A DNA stretch of 64,000 bases from Squalus acanthias (lineage: Eukaryota), in NCBI GenBank assembly GCA_030390025.1, contig CM059432.1:95172001-95236000 (forward strand), given 5' to 3'. The notes beneath the pieces are model-generated. The model worked only from the letters and a program-made list of their open reading frames with translations, was not told the origin of the DNA and made no database searches. The position numbers and the translations under genes were made by a program. Positions 26,061 to 37,075 of this stretch are shown piece after piece (position 1 is the first letter of the stretch; each line of letters begins with the position of its first letter).

Positions 26061-28032
26061 TAAAAACAGAAAATGCTGGAAATCCTCAGCAGGTCAGCCA
26101 GCATCTGTGGAGAGAGAAACAGAGTTAACGTTTCAGGTCTGAAACGTTGGGCTGGATTTTCCGGGGGGTCAGCGGGCGCAATCAGTGGCGGGTTGGGTGG
26201 GAAAGTGGGGTTTTTCCCCAGCAGGTTGGGACCCCGCTGTGAACCCGCCGCCACGCGCCTTTCCCCAATGTCGGGTCTGTGAGCGCTGAGCAGACCCGAT
26301 CACAGCAGCGGGGAACCCAATTCAGGTCATTATGACTTTGTTTAGAGATGATAAAGAGTACATTTGAGCTCACCGTTTGATTTGACGTGCTTGCCCACGG
26401 GGTCCTCGCTGCTCGGGGATCATCTCTGTTAAGCTGAGGCGGGAGTTCAGTGGCCATTGAATCAGCTGTTGAGTTGACAGCTTCAAATGTAAAGTAAAAG
26501 CTCCCACCTTACAGAAATATCTTTCCTCAGCCACAAGCTCTTCCTCACTGCATTTCCACAACAGATTCACCATGCTGCAAATCTTTACACAAGTCTCCAT
26601 CCTGTCTGACCTCATTACCCCTCTCACCATTGACAGATCACTTCTGTCATCTCTACTTCACCTGCCATCGATTCCATCAGCATGGGTGCCCTGTATACTC
26701 TCTCACCTTGGTCCTCAGAATCCAAGCACGAATCAGCCCCAACACTTCATCACCAGGCACACCAGCAGCACCAACAACAACACCACCAACCTTCTCTGCA
26801 ATCACTTGATGCTGCACAGGACACAGGGCATCAGCACCCAAGCACATTGCTGCCCGGGAGGCCAGGGATGGCCTCACCATGGCCAGATTTACTTCACTTG
26901 ACGCTGGCTGCCACATGATGCGCCAGGTTGGTACCACCCCACACCAACACCATAAAGCATCCCTACAATGCCCAAGCCATTCCTTTCACATTCATGACCA
27001 TTGCAGGGGGAGGTGGGGGGGGGGAGAAGGTACAGTTATGTCTCACTATTCACTGCAACTCATGAAGCCACTTCCAAAGGTGCACACAAATCTGTGCAAG
27101 AAAGCAAAGTGTTGAAAATAAAGGTTTCAATGTTTGACACCACATTAACAGAAACTTTACATGAACATTGCATAAAACACCTAAGTGCCTACCCTTGTGT
27201 GTTGTTAGTTGGTATGATTGCACTAGGATGAGGGTGAGTGTGAGGGTTGGCTAGTGAGATGGGGAAGTGATAATGTAGATAGAGAGGGATGGGTGGAGGT
27301 GCAAAGTAAGTTGGTGTGAGTAAAGATGTGCAGGAGTGAGTAGGGAAGGCAGAGTGATGAGAGGCACAGCAGGATGAGGTTGAATGTGGCTTTGTTGTAT
27401 TAACGTTTTGTAATCTACTGAGATCATTGAAACGTTTGCGGCACTGCACCCAGATCCTCCTGACCACATCCCTGCTTGTGCCCTCCTCTGCAATGTGCAA
27501 CCAGGCTGTGTTGATCTCCTGGGGAGGTCTCTTCCACCCATGAGAAAGGAAGAGGACCTCTCTGCGTGCTGTGAATCCCTCCATAAACATATGGAGGGAG
27601 TCATGGGAGAGCCTGGGTGCAGCCCTGCACCTCTGTGTAGTGATTGTCAGTGTTTGCAGCACCTCAATGCTGTAGAATACTGACAGCACAGATGTCAAAA
27701 TAAAGTTGGCCACGGTCCCTTTAAGGAAACCAGCTGATGATGCATCATCAAATGATGTCACCAGACTCGCTTCCTCTAATTGGCCGGCAAATGCGTTGGT
27801 CGGGCTTAACAAGCCCAATCAAGGGAAATTCATTTCAAAGGCTGGAACGGAGACAGCAGCGGGGTTGGGACCCGCCACCGACGTCGTCCGCCATGGACCC
27901 GCCGAGGTCAGCAAAATTGCAGCTGTTAACTCTGTTTCTCTCTCCACAGATGCTGCCTGACCTGCTGAGTATTTCCAGCATTTTCTGTTTTTATTTCAGA
28001 TTTCCAGCATCACCAGTATTTTGCTTTTGTAG
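26061..28032. mobile_element. Miniature fold-back Penelope-like insert (two inverted pLTR ends, ~195 bp without the nested element) with 13-bp TSD
   Basis: 26061-26148 and 27925-28032 match the terminal repeats of the element at 29223-30416; taatattaagaag is duplicated at 26048-26060 and 28033-28045. Confidence 0.88.
26149..27924 (-). mobile_element. Non-autonomous Harbinger (Myb/SANT exon retained, transposase core deleted), nested in the Penelope insert
   Basis: Imperfect TIRs gggctggatttt / aaaattgcagct; 3-bp TSD gtt; APRLSHDSL...WLHIAEE...RIWVQCRKRFNDL in ORF 27189-27818. Confidence 0.88.
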
Positions 28033-29286
28033 TAATATTAAGAAGGTTTCTTAACTTTAATTAAAAATTAGCGAATCATTCTGTACAATGCCATTTCTGA
28101 GGCTTGCAGTCTTCTCTTCTTAGGGAGTAATCTATCGATTTTACTACATGGGATATCCCCTATTTACTTAAAACTTCCTGATCAGTCCTTACAGTCACTA
28201 CATTTTTGAAGTCTTTTTACACTTCAAGGCACTCTTTTCCTTTCCGTATATAGCTCATTTACTTGTGACACAGTTTTCCCACTTTCTAAACACTGTTCAA
28301 AAGCAATCACACTGAATTTAATAACATGTATTAACACCCTTGTTTAAAATGAACATTTCTTTTCACAGGTTGTGAATAATCTGATTTATATATGTCAAAT
28401 GCAAAATTATTGTAATTTAACTATGAATCATCTGGAAAATAAGTCTGTAAGAGGTCAGCTTCTTCCAAAGCTAATTAATTTTTCCTGTTGGTTGGTGCCA
28501 ACTTTGGTCACCAAAGTGATTTTCGTTGAAAGCTGTCGGAGGCCACTGTTTGACCTCTGTATAACTCCCTCACCTAGAAACCTGTTTCCTGTTTTAGAAG
28601 TTCATACACTGAATTCTAAACATCCTTTCACATTATTCAGAAATAAGGTAATGTTATACTGGTAAACTGTTCTCAACGGTCCAATCCATTGTCAACTATC
28701 AAATATATCACTGTAGTCTGTTGATTTCCTATTTAGACATTTATCAACGATGACAGCTGCAAAATTCTTGCCAGACTTGCTTCACAGCTCCTGCATTTAT
28801 GTAAATGGATATTATTTTTAATTTTAACTCAGCCCATATTTTATATATGCGGCACTTTATACATAATGTTGGGATTTTATAATTAGGTTGTGCAATTGAA
28901 CAATTTCCACACAATAAATGTGTAATCAATTTCCATAACACAACTCCTCAGCACAAACATTGACATTTATGTATTTGGGCTGCTGGTCCAAAGTATTAAG
29001 TGACCAGATACTTGAATTCCCAGTTGCTTTTAATTCACAGAATTTTGTGTATGGTTGTTGGTGGTCCCTGACTCATTACTGCTGGTTGGACCTGGAAGCT
29101 AAACTGTAAATAGTGTGTGGGAATTGATCTGCCGTTTGAACTTTTATGCAAAGAAGTTATTTGTGTGCAAAGACATACTTAACAAGAAGTTACCTTTAAG
29201 AACAAGTTATTAAACTACTTGAAATAACAACAGAAAATGCTGGAAATACTCAGCAGGCCAGGCAGCATCCGTGGAGAGAGAAACAG

Positions 29287-29323
29287 AGTTAACGTTTCAG
29301 GTCTGGGACCCTTCATCAGAACT
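29287..29323 (-). ncRNA. Minimal type I hammerhead ribozyme motif
   Basis: Minus strand reads agtt-CTGATGA-agggtc cca gacct-GAAA-cgtt-aact: conserved core, stem II, palindromic ACGT stem III and 4-bp stem I. Confidence 0.8.
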
Positions 29324-29492
29324 GGAAAAAGCTGGAAATGTAACAGATTTTAAGCAGGTGCAGAGGCAGGGAGAGGGGGGAGGGGAGGGGAGGATCTGAA
29401 GGAATAGTCTGTGCTAGGGTAGGAGGCAGGAAAGATAAAATGTTGCAAATGGGGATGGCAAAATCATACAGCCTGAAAAATGGGGGCAGGGC

Positions 29493-30239
29493 TTATAGTC
29501 TGAAATTGTTGAACTCGATGTTGAGTCCAGAAGGTTGTAAAGTGCCTAATCGAAAGATGAGGTGCTGTTCCTCGAGCTTACGTTGAGCTTCATTGGAATA
29601 GTGTAACAGGCCGAGGACAGAGCGATCAGAGTGGGAGTGAAGCGGAGAATTAAAGTGACAGGCGACCGGAAGCTCGGGGTCACCCTTACGGACTGAACGG
29701 AGATGTTCCGCAAAGCGGTCACCCAATCTGCGTTTGGTCTCCCCAGTGTAGAGGAGACCACATCGTGAGCAGCGAATACAGTATACTAAATTGCAAGAAG
29801 TACAAGTGAATCGCTGTTTCACCTGGAAGGAGTGTTTGGGGCCCTGGACAGCGGGAAGGGAGGAGGTAAAAGGGCAGGTGTTGTATCTCCTGCGCTTGCA
29901 CGGGAAGGTGCCGGGCGAAGGAGAGAGGGTGTTGGGGGTGATAGAGGAGTGGACCAGGGTGTTGCGGAGGGAGCGGTCCCTTCGGAATGCTGAAAGAGGA
30001 GGGGAGGGGAAGATGTGTTTGGTGGTGGGATCACGCTGGAGGTGGCGGAAATGGCGGAGGATGATCCGTTGAATGTGGAGGCTGGTGGGGTGAAAGGTGA
30101 GGACAAGGGGAACCCTATCGTGGTTCCGGGAGGGAGGGGAAGGGGTGAGAGCAGAAGTGCGGGAAATGGAACGGACACGGTCAAGGGCCGTGTCAACCAC
30201 AGTAGAGGGGAATCCTCGGTTGAGGAAAAAGGAAGACAT
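29493..30239 (-). CDS. Penelope ORF C-terminus: RT thumb/linker and GIY-YIG endonuclease (partial, open frame)
   Basis: FLNRGFP, RVPLVLTFHP, NLVYCIRCSRCGLLYTGETKRRLGDRFAEH, PVACHFN and EQHLIFRLGTLQPSGLN. Confidence 0.9.
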   Translation of the reverse strand: MSSFFLNRGFPSTVVDTALDRVRSISRTSALTPSPPSRNHDRVPLVLTFHPTSLHIQRIILRHFRHLQRDPTTKHIFPSPPLSAFRRDRSLRNTLVHSSITPNTLSPSPGTFPCKRRRYNTCPFTSSLPAVQGPKHSFQVKQRFTCTSCNLVYCIRCSRCGLLYTGETKRRLGDRFAEHLRSVRKGDPELPVACHFNSPLHSHSDRSVLGLLHYSNEAQRKLEEQHLIFRLGTLQPSGLNIEFNNFRL

Positions 30240-30281
30240 ATCTGCACCTGCTTAAAATCTGTTACATCTCTAGCTTTTTCC

Positions 30282-30318
30282 AGTTCTGAAGAAGGGTCCC
30301 AGACCTGAAACGTTAACT
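30282..30318 (+). ncRNA. Minimal type I hammerhead ribozyme motif
   Basis: agtt-CTGAAGA-agggtc cca gacct-GAAA-cgtt-aact. Confidence 0.8.
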
Positions 30319-31409
30319 CTGTTTCTCTCTTCACGAATGCTGCCTGGCCTGCTGAGTGTTTCCAGCATTTTCTGTTGTTACTTCAGATTTCCAGCATCAG
30401 CAGTATTTTGCTATTGTATTAAACTACTTGAGTTCATCCTCACTCGAAAAGGACTTTTTTACTATATTGTTTGGAACTATAAAGTTCTGAAAAAGGCTTT
30501 TAGATCTACTTCTCATTGGACATGCCATCTTTCTGCATTTATACGGACAGTCAGGGGTTGATTTTCACTGCCTCTGCCGAATGGGAAAAGAGTCGTACTG
30601 CTCCAGAAATCATGGTGCTCAACCTACCATCTCATTCTTGCTCCTGATCCATTTGCTGCCATTTCCAACCTGTCCTGGCAATGGGCAGCCAGAGCACCTA
30701 GCTGTTTCAGGTGGTGTCATTAAGGCATGCAAATCGGGGTTCTATGATGTAGGCAGGGCCCCAATGCAATTTTCATGTACCAATAAGGGGAACTTGCACT
30801 GCGCTCGAACCAGTGGTCCTTAAAAGGTCCTTTTGTGTGTCCCCCACCCCCACCTATCCTCCAGCTTGTTTCCAAATCATTTGAAAAAGCAAAGAAAATC
30901 AGAAATTAAGACACACTTTCACTTGCACTGAAAGAATCCTACTGACGCATATTGAGGAAGTGATCACAGGGACAACTTATTCTGGCACTCCTTTTAGAAT
31001 TCATTGAGTAAAGACTCCAGCAGATTCTATGAAAATCCATTGGTACACTTGGGTGATTTTATTACTTATACAGGTTTAGGAGCTACCTTCCAAATTCCCC
31101 AGTGAGCATGAAATGGTACGAAACCAATGATTCTGGTTGTTCTTGGAAGGAAGTGCTTGAGTGTTATATCTCAAGTAATGGAGAGGATTCCTGTGGGCAT
31201 TTATATCTATGGTGTACTCGCTCGACCAGCAATCATCCATAACAATTACTTCAGTGAGCATCTCATAATAATTCTTACTGTAAATTTAGTCTGTACGGTT
31301 TATGCTGCCTTTCCTCGTAAATATGGGAAACAAGTCCTACTTCTTATCTATATTTTAACCATGTACTAGAAGTTACTATTGGTGATGCCACTATGTGAAT
31401 GCTTATAGC

Positions 31410-31690
31410 CCCGAGTCAAATTCCTCAAGGTGGATAAGTCATCGGGCCCTGATGGCATGCACTGTAGGCTGTTGAAAGAAATCAGAGAGGACATGGCAGA
31501 GACTCTGGCCACAATTTTTCAGCCCTCCTTATATATGTAAATTGTACTCTGGTATTGGAGAGTAGCCAATGCTCAAGAAGAGAGAGAAGGATAAAACAGG
31601 TAGATTGCTCCAGCAGAGAGCTGGCAGAGACATGGTGGATTGAATAGCCTCTTTTTGTACTGTAAATTTCTATGGCTTTATGATTCTAAT
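31410..31690 (+). mobile_element. Degenerate CR1 fragments
   Basis: gtggataagtcatcgggccctgatggcatgcac...gaaagaa (KSxGPDGxH motif) followed by a CR1-like tail. Confidence 0.6.
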
Positions 31691-31794
31691 TGATTTGGTT
31701 AACTGGCGGTCTGTGCCTAGAAATTCCATAACACAAAAAAACTGGCACAGGCACCACTATGCAAGATATGTCCGTGCCCGATCAAAAAGCGCAC

Positions 31795-32062
31795 CATCAT
31801 CCCTTTTGTCTTTTAATTTCTTCTGCCTTCAATCCTAGCACAGGCCTTCCCTTTTGTTCTTTCCTCCCCTCCCCCCTCCCCCTGCCCCTGCACTTGCTTA
31901 AAACCTGTTACATCTCTAACTTTTTCCACTTCTGACGAAGGGTCGTCGACCTGAAATGTTAACTCTGTTTCTCTCTCCACAGATGCTGCCTGACCTGCTG
32001 AGTATTTCCAGCATTTTCTGGTTTTACTTCAGATTTCCAGCATCCGCAGTATTTTGCTTTTG
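31795..32062 (+). mobile_element. Solo Penelope pLTR with a degenerate hammerhead (31928-31964)
   Basis: Matches 30241-30416; CTGACGA-agggtc gtc gacct-GAAA-tgtt-aact. Confidence 0.85.
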
Positions 32063-32667
32063 TATTAATGTTTTTTTAAACCTGTGTGAGTATACTTTGC
32101 TTTAAAAAACATTTAAATATAACTCTTTTTCAAATTATTTCTGTGGCAAATAAATACCAAAACATCACAGTCCAAAACCCTTTGCTCAAGTTAGTTGAAT
32201 CTCAGCTGTCTTTGCACCCTCACTCTTCAAAATAATCCCTGGTTCTAGAGTTTGTGGCAATCTTGGAAATATTATCACAGTTTTTTTTTATCTAGCCCCT
32301 TAAGAATCTTGAATACTTGAATGATGTGTCTCCAGAGCCTTCTCTTTTCCCCTGTAAACAAACCCAGGCTCTTTAAGCTCTCCTTGTAGCTCATATGCTT
32401 TAAGCTAGGTATCAGTTTGGTTGCCGTTTTCTGCACTGTCTGGATATCATTGCTGTAATATGGTGACCAGAATTATACACAATGTTCCAGGTGGGGTCAT
32501 ACCAGTGCATTGTGCAGACTCATTATCACCTCCGAGGATTTGTGATCTATCCCTCTGGCTATACATCCTAACAGCTGGGCAGCTTCCCTCACTGCTGTGC
32601 AAACTACTCTGTTGGTTTCAATAAGCTATCCATCTTGTGGCCTTTCCCTTACAACACTGAAAATGAT

Positions 32668-34933
32668 CACCTGGAATTTCCATGGGTATTCTCCCGATCT
32701 CCTGCTGGAGCTTTGGTGGAAATTTGCAGAAAAGACAGCGTAAATGTCTGTTTACACTTTATCTACAGCGTTCCTGCCGGCCGTCTGCTGAACTAATGGT
32801 GGGAGATTTGGAGTGCGCTGCGGAAATTCCATCCCTAAGGATTTATGGTGGGGCTTCTGAGGAAGAGTCACGGTAGCTGTACCTGAGAGAAGTTTATTTC
32901 GGTGGAATGTGACTGGAAAAAAATTGCCGGTTTCAACTGGAGCTAACGGCCGCTGAAAATGGCCGCAACGTTAACGGGACAAAATTGGTCTCGGGGGGCA
33001 GGAGTTTGTTGGCGCAGCTCTTACCTTCTGTGCGACGCCATCCTGGTGGCGTTGCTGGAGGGATCCGGGACGAAGTTCCCGTCCAGGTACGGTGTTGGAG
33101 CTTCACACAGCCTCTGGGAGCGAGGCTGTGGAGCTCGCAATGAATTGTGGGCAATGAAGAGGTCAGAGAATTAAAGGGGCCATGCACACTGAAGCAGTAC
33201 AAAATAAAATCAAGTGAAACAATGTAGTTTTCAGCCCTTTCTGCCTTTAAAAAATATTTAACATTAAAAAGAAGTCCCTAATGTGAATATTCAGCTCTTC
33301 AAGCTGAATTCCCTTCCTAAACTCAACAAATGGGAAAACTGCCTCAGCACTAACACAAATGGCTCAGCAAGCCAGGGAAGGGGCACCCAGGGTCTCGCAC
33401 GCAGCACTCCAGCTTGGTGCAGGGGATCAACACTGCAAGAGAGGTCCTCTACCCACAGGGGCCAAGAGGCCCTACAGAAAGAACGATGTGGGAGTACATC
33501 ACCGAGGCCGTCACTGCCAGCAGTGTCGCCCCCACCACCTGGCTCCAGTGCCCAAAGAAGCTTCATGACCTGAGATCACTGGTCAAGTTAATTGAATGCA
33601 TCTTCAAAAGCCAGTCTCCTACCAACTGCACCACTAGCGTCACACACTGCTCAATGCATGACCCCCAATCACTCACCTACCAACAATCTGCACCAATCAC
33701 GAGGCACATTTCCCTTGAAGGAAGCGGTGCTGGCCATTGTTGGCAGGGGCATGGCTCAGCCCTTGGCCAGCGGCGGGGCTGAAAGGATACAAGATGCTGG
33801 TATCCTCATACATTATCTTCTTTCTAGCATGCACCTCATGCTTTCCTACCCTCCCGTCATCACAACTCCACCCTTGTGCCTTTCTCATTTCACACACCCA
33901 AGAAATGCAGCCTGCCCAGCCAGTGGGTCAACAAGAAGAGGGAGAGGAGAGTGAAGAAGAACACAAACACTCTCAGCCACCAGCTCCTCAAGGTCAACCA
34001 GCAAGGCCATTTGCAGTGTCCCCCACTGAAAGTCAGCAGTCTTCCACCAGCTATGCTGCAGCCACTGGAGTAGCACTGTGTGATATCAGTAGGGTAGGCA
34101 AAGGCACACACAAGACAGTCACTAAGAGAATGCATACGGGTGATGAGTTGATTTCTTGATGTCATATTGGATGGCGACATGTATATAGGCTGGATTTGAA
34201 AGTTTGCTTTGTGCTGGCTTTTATTTCAGCATCGTGGTCAAGAGGACGCTGTGATGGCCAGTAACAGATGGAAGGTAAGGTGTGGGACTAATGTTGAAAG
34301 AGGAATTGGGGTTGTAGTCACTGGGACCGCAGGTGGATGATTCCATCCCTGATGTCCCGGCTACAAAGGTGCTGTCTGGGTTGCATCCCTCTGCTTCCTC
34401 CTTTTCTGTGCCTACAAGCGAATGCTGTAAATGTAAAATGACAGCATAAAATGCTGGAAATACTCAGCTGGTCAGGCAGCATCTTGACCTGAGACGGGAA
34501 CTCTGTTTTTCTCTCCATGGATGTTGCGTGACCTGCTGAATATTCGCAGCATGATCTGTCTTCTCAAAGGCCTTCATTTACCATCCAAGCCCTTGCAAGC
34601 ATCCAGCAGCACTCCCTGCACAATTAAAAAACTTTTCACATCTATTGCAGCAAGCCACCACTTCAATAAAAAAAAATTAAATTCCAAAACCTTGTGTGTG
34701 TCCCTTTAAGAGGTTCAGACAGCGCCTCTGTCAGCCTGCTTGCATGCCAATTGACATCAACACGCTGCCATTTCTTCTTTTAGGGCGCTACCAGTTATTG
34801 GCAGTGCAAAGGGGGATACGAATATTGTGGCCACCGCAGGACTCGCCACCAGCTGGTGAAAGAGCGGCGGCCACCATTTTATCGCCATTTCATGGCGCTA
34901 CAGAGTGGCGGTAAGTAGATGAATTTCCAGCCC
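32668..34933 (+). mobile_element. Non-autonomous Harbinger with Myb remnant and an embedded Penelope palindrome (copy A)
   Basis: MWEYITEAV...TTWLQCPKKLHDL (33414-33590); end gaatttccagccc; Penelope pLTR-derived inverted repeat at ~34420-34552; left boundary tentative. Confidence 0.8.
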
Positions 34934-35241
34934 AATGACTTAACATTTAACTAATGAGGAAGTTACTAATATCACACAGCACAATTTCAAAATAATTATG
35001 ATTATCTTTGACTATATTTGAGCTCAGCATCTTAGAAATAATAGAAATAATAATACATTATTTATTTTTCCTAATTTTGGTAATATTATTTTAACAGTTT
35101 TCATCCCTTAAGTAAATGTTTTATAGTGTATTATAAGCTGTCACTACTTAGTCACTGGTACTGTAGTACTATAATTGTTTTTCAAGGTGGGTGAAGCACT
35201 GCCTTTTTCAGCTGGTCAATCTAATGACCTATTCTCACTAT

Positions 35242-37075
35242 TGCCTAGAAATTGATTACCTTAGCGTCGGCCATTAACGCTGGTTTTCTTGAAAAAATGG
35301 CAGCTGCCTCACTTCGGGCCGCTTCCAGCGCGGAACACGGCAGCCGCCATTATGGCAAGGGCCATAGCGCTGCCGTTGACAGCGCTGGCCTCTGAAATGT
35401 AAATTAGCAGATCATGACATCAATCGGCGTGCAACGCCTGACTTGATTCCACGATTGCTAACTTGGACATTTTCGCTCATCATTCAACTGGGTCCTAAGC
35501 ACGCACAGAAAAGCGTGCGTGAAGCAGCCCTGCAGCAACTCAGTCAGCACTTCTTAAATGGACACACACCTCTTTTAGGTAAGTTTGGATTTAAGCTTTT
35601 GGACTTTAAAAAAATATTTTATTGAAGTAGTGCTTGGTGCAATAGATGTTAAAAGTTTTTAAGTGTGCAGTGAGTGCTGCTGGATGCTTGCAAGGCTTTG
35701 GATGGTAAAGGAAGACCTCTGAGAAGACAGAATATGCTGGAAATACTCAGCTGATCAGGCATCATCCGTGGAGAAAGAAACAGAGTTCACATCTCAGTTC
35801 GAGATTCTGGCTGACCTGCTGAGTATTTCCAGCATTTTCTGCTTTTATTTCAGATCTCCAGCATCCAATCGCAGAGGGAAGAGGAAGAAGCAAAAGAAGA
35901 AGTCGCAGAAGAGGAAGACGCAGAAGAGGAAGAAGCAGAAGAGGAGGAAGCGGAAGGAAGAATGCAACCCAGACAGCCCCTTTCTGCCTGCCATATCCGG
36001 GATGGAATCATCCGCCTGCGGTCAACCACTGGCTGGGCAGGCTGGATTTCTTGGGTGTCTGAAATGAGGAAGCTGCAAGGGTAGAGTTGTGATGAGGGGA
36101 GGGGGGAAAAGCAAGAATTCCATGCTTACACCATGTGCACCTTGTAAATCAGAAGATATTGTGGGATGCGGGGAAGTGGGATGTGAGAAGAAGGATAATG
36201 TATGAGGATACAAGCATCTTGTATCCTTTCAGCCCTGCCGCTGGCCAAGGGCTCAGCCATTCCCCTGCCAAGAATGGCCTGCACTGTCTCCTCCAAGGGG
36301 TGAGGTGAAGCTAGGAATGGTACAGATTGTTGGTAGGTGAGTGATGGGGTGGGGGGACGCGGCGGTCGTGTAATGAGCAGTGTGTGAGGCTAATGGTGCA
36401 GTTGGTAGGAGACGGCTTTTGAAGATGCATTCACTGATCTTGACCAGTGGTCTTAGGTCATGAAGCTTCTTTGGGCACTGGAGCCAGGTCATGGGGGCAA
36501 CACTGCTGGCAGTGACGGCCTCGGTGATCTGGTCCCACGTTGTTCTTTCTGGAGGGCCTCCTGGCCCCTATGGGTAGAGGACCTCTCTTACAGTGTTGGA
36601 CCCCTGCCCAAAGCTGGAGTGCTGCATGCGAGACCCTGGGTGTCCCCTTCCCTGGCTTGTTGAGCCATTTGTGTTCGTGCTGAAGCATTTTTTTATGTCT
36701 GGAAGGCAGTTGAGCTTTAAGAGCTGAAGACTGCCATTTCGGAATTATTTTTAATGTTTATTTTTTTCCAGAAGGCAGTTGAACTCTAAGGGCTAACGAC
36801 TGCCTATTTTTAAATGATTTTTATTTTTTTGCATTTTAGAAGGCAATTCTCAATGACAAGCTAGCTTTAAGAGAATGCTGCCTCGCTCCAGGGACGCTAT
36901 GGCCACGTTACATTGGGCCTCCTGCCGAGACAACACTGCAGGTTTTGCGCTGCGCTAATGTAAATCAGCAGGCAGCACCAAAATACTGGTGCTGCCTGCG
37001 CTCTTTTGTGGGCGGCCGTTAACTTCAGCTCACGGTGACACCGGCAGATTTCCGGCCTAATTGAATTTCTAGACC
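35242..37075 (-). mobile_element. Non-autonomous Harbinger, same family (copy B), inverted relative to copy A
   Basis: TIRs tgcctagaaattga / ttgaatttctagacc; TWLQCPKKLHDL (36253-36492); Penelope-derived palindrome at ~35733-35865. Confidence 0.85.

Larger units (their letters stand above)
29223..30416 (-). mobile_element. Penelope-like retroelement, 5'-truncated, with inverted pseudo-LTR and 15-bp TSD
   Basis: 29223-29363 is an inverted repeat of ~30241-30380; tattaaactacttga is duplicated at 29208-29222 and 30417-30431; GIY-YIG ORF inside. Confidence 0.93.

Noticed and set aside
34420..34552. Additional hammerheads in the Harbinger-borne Penelope palindromes
   Set aside because: The CUGANGA core is absent or scrambled in both copies; only the downstream pLTR portion remains
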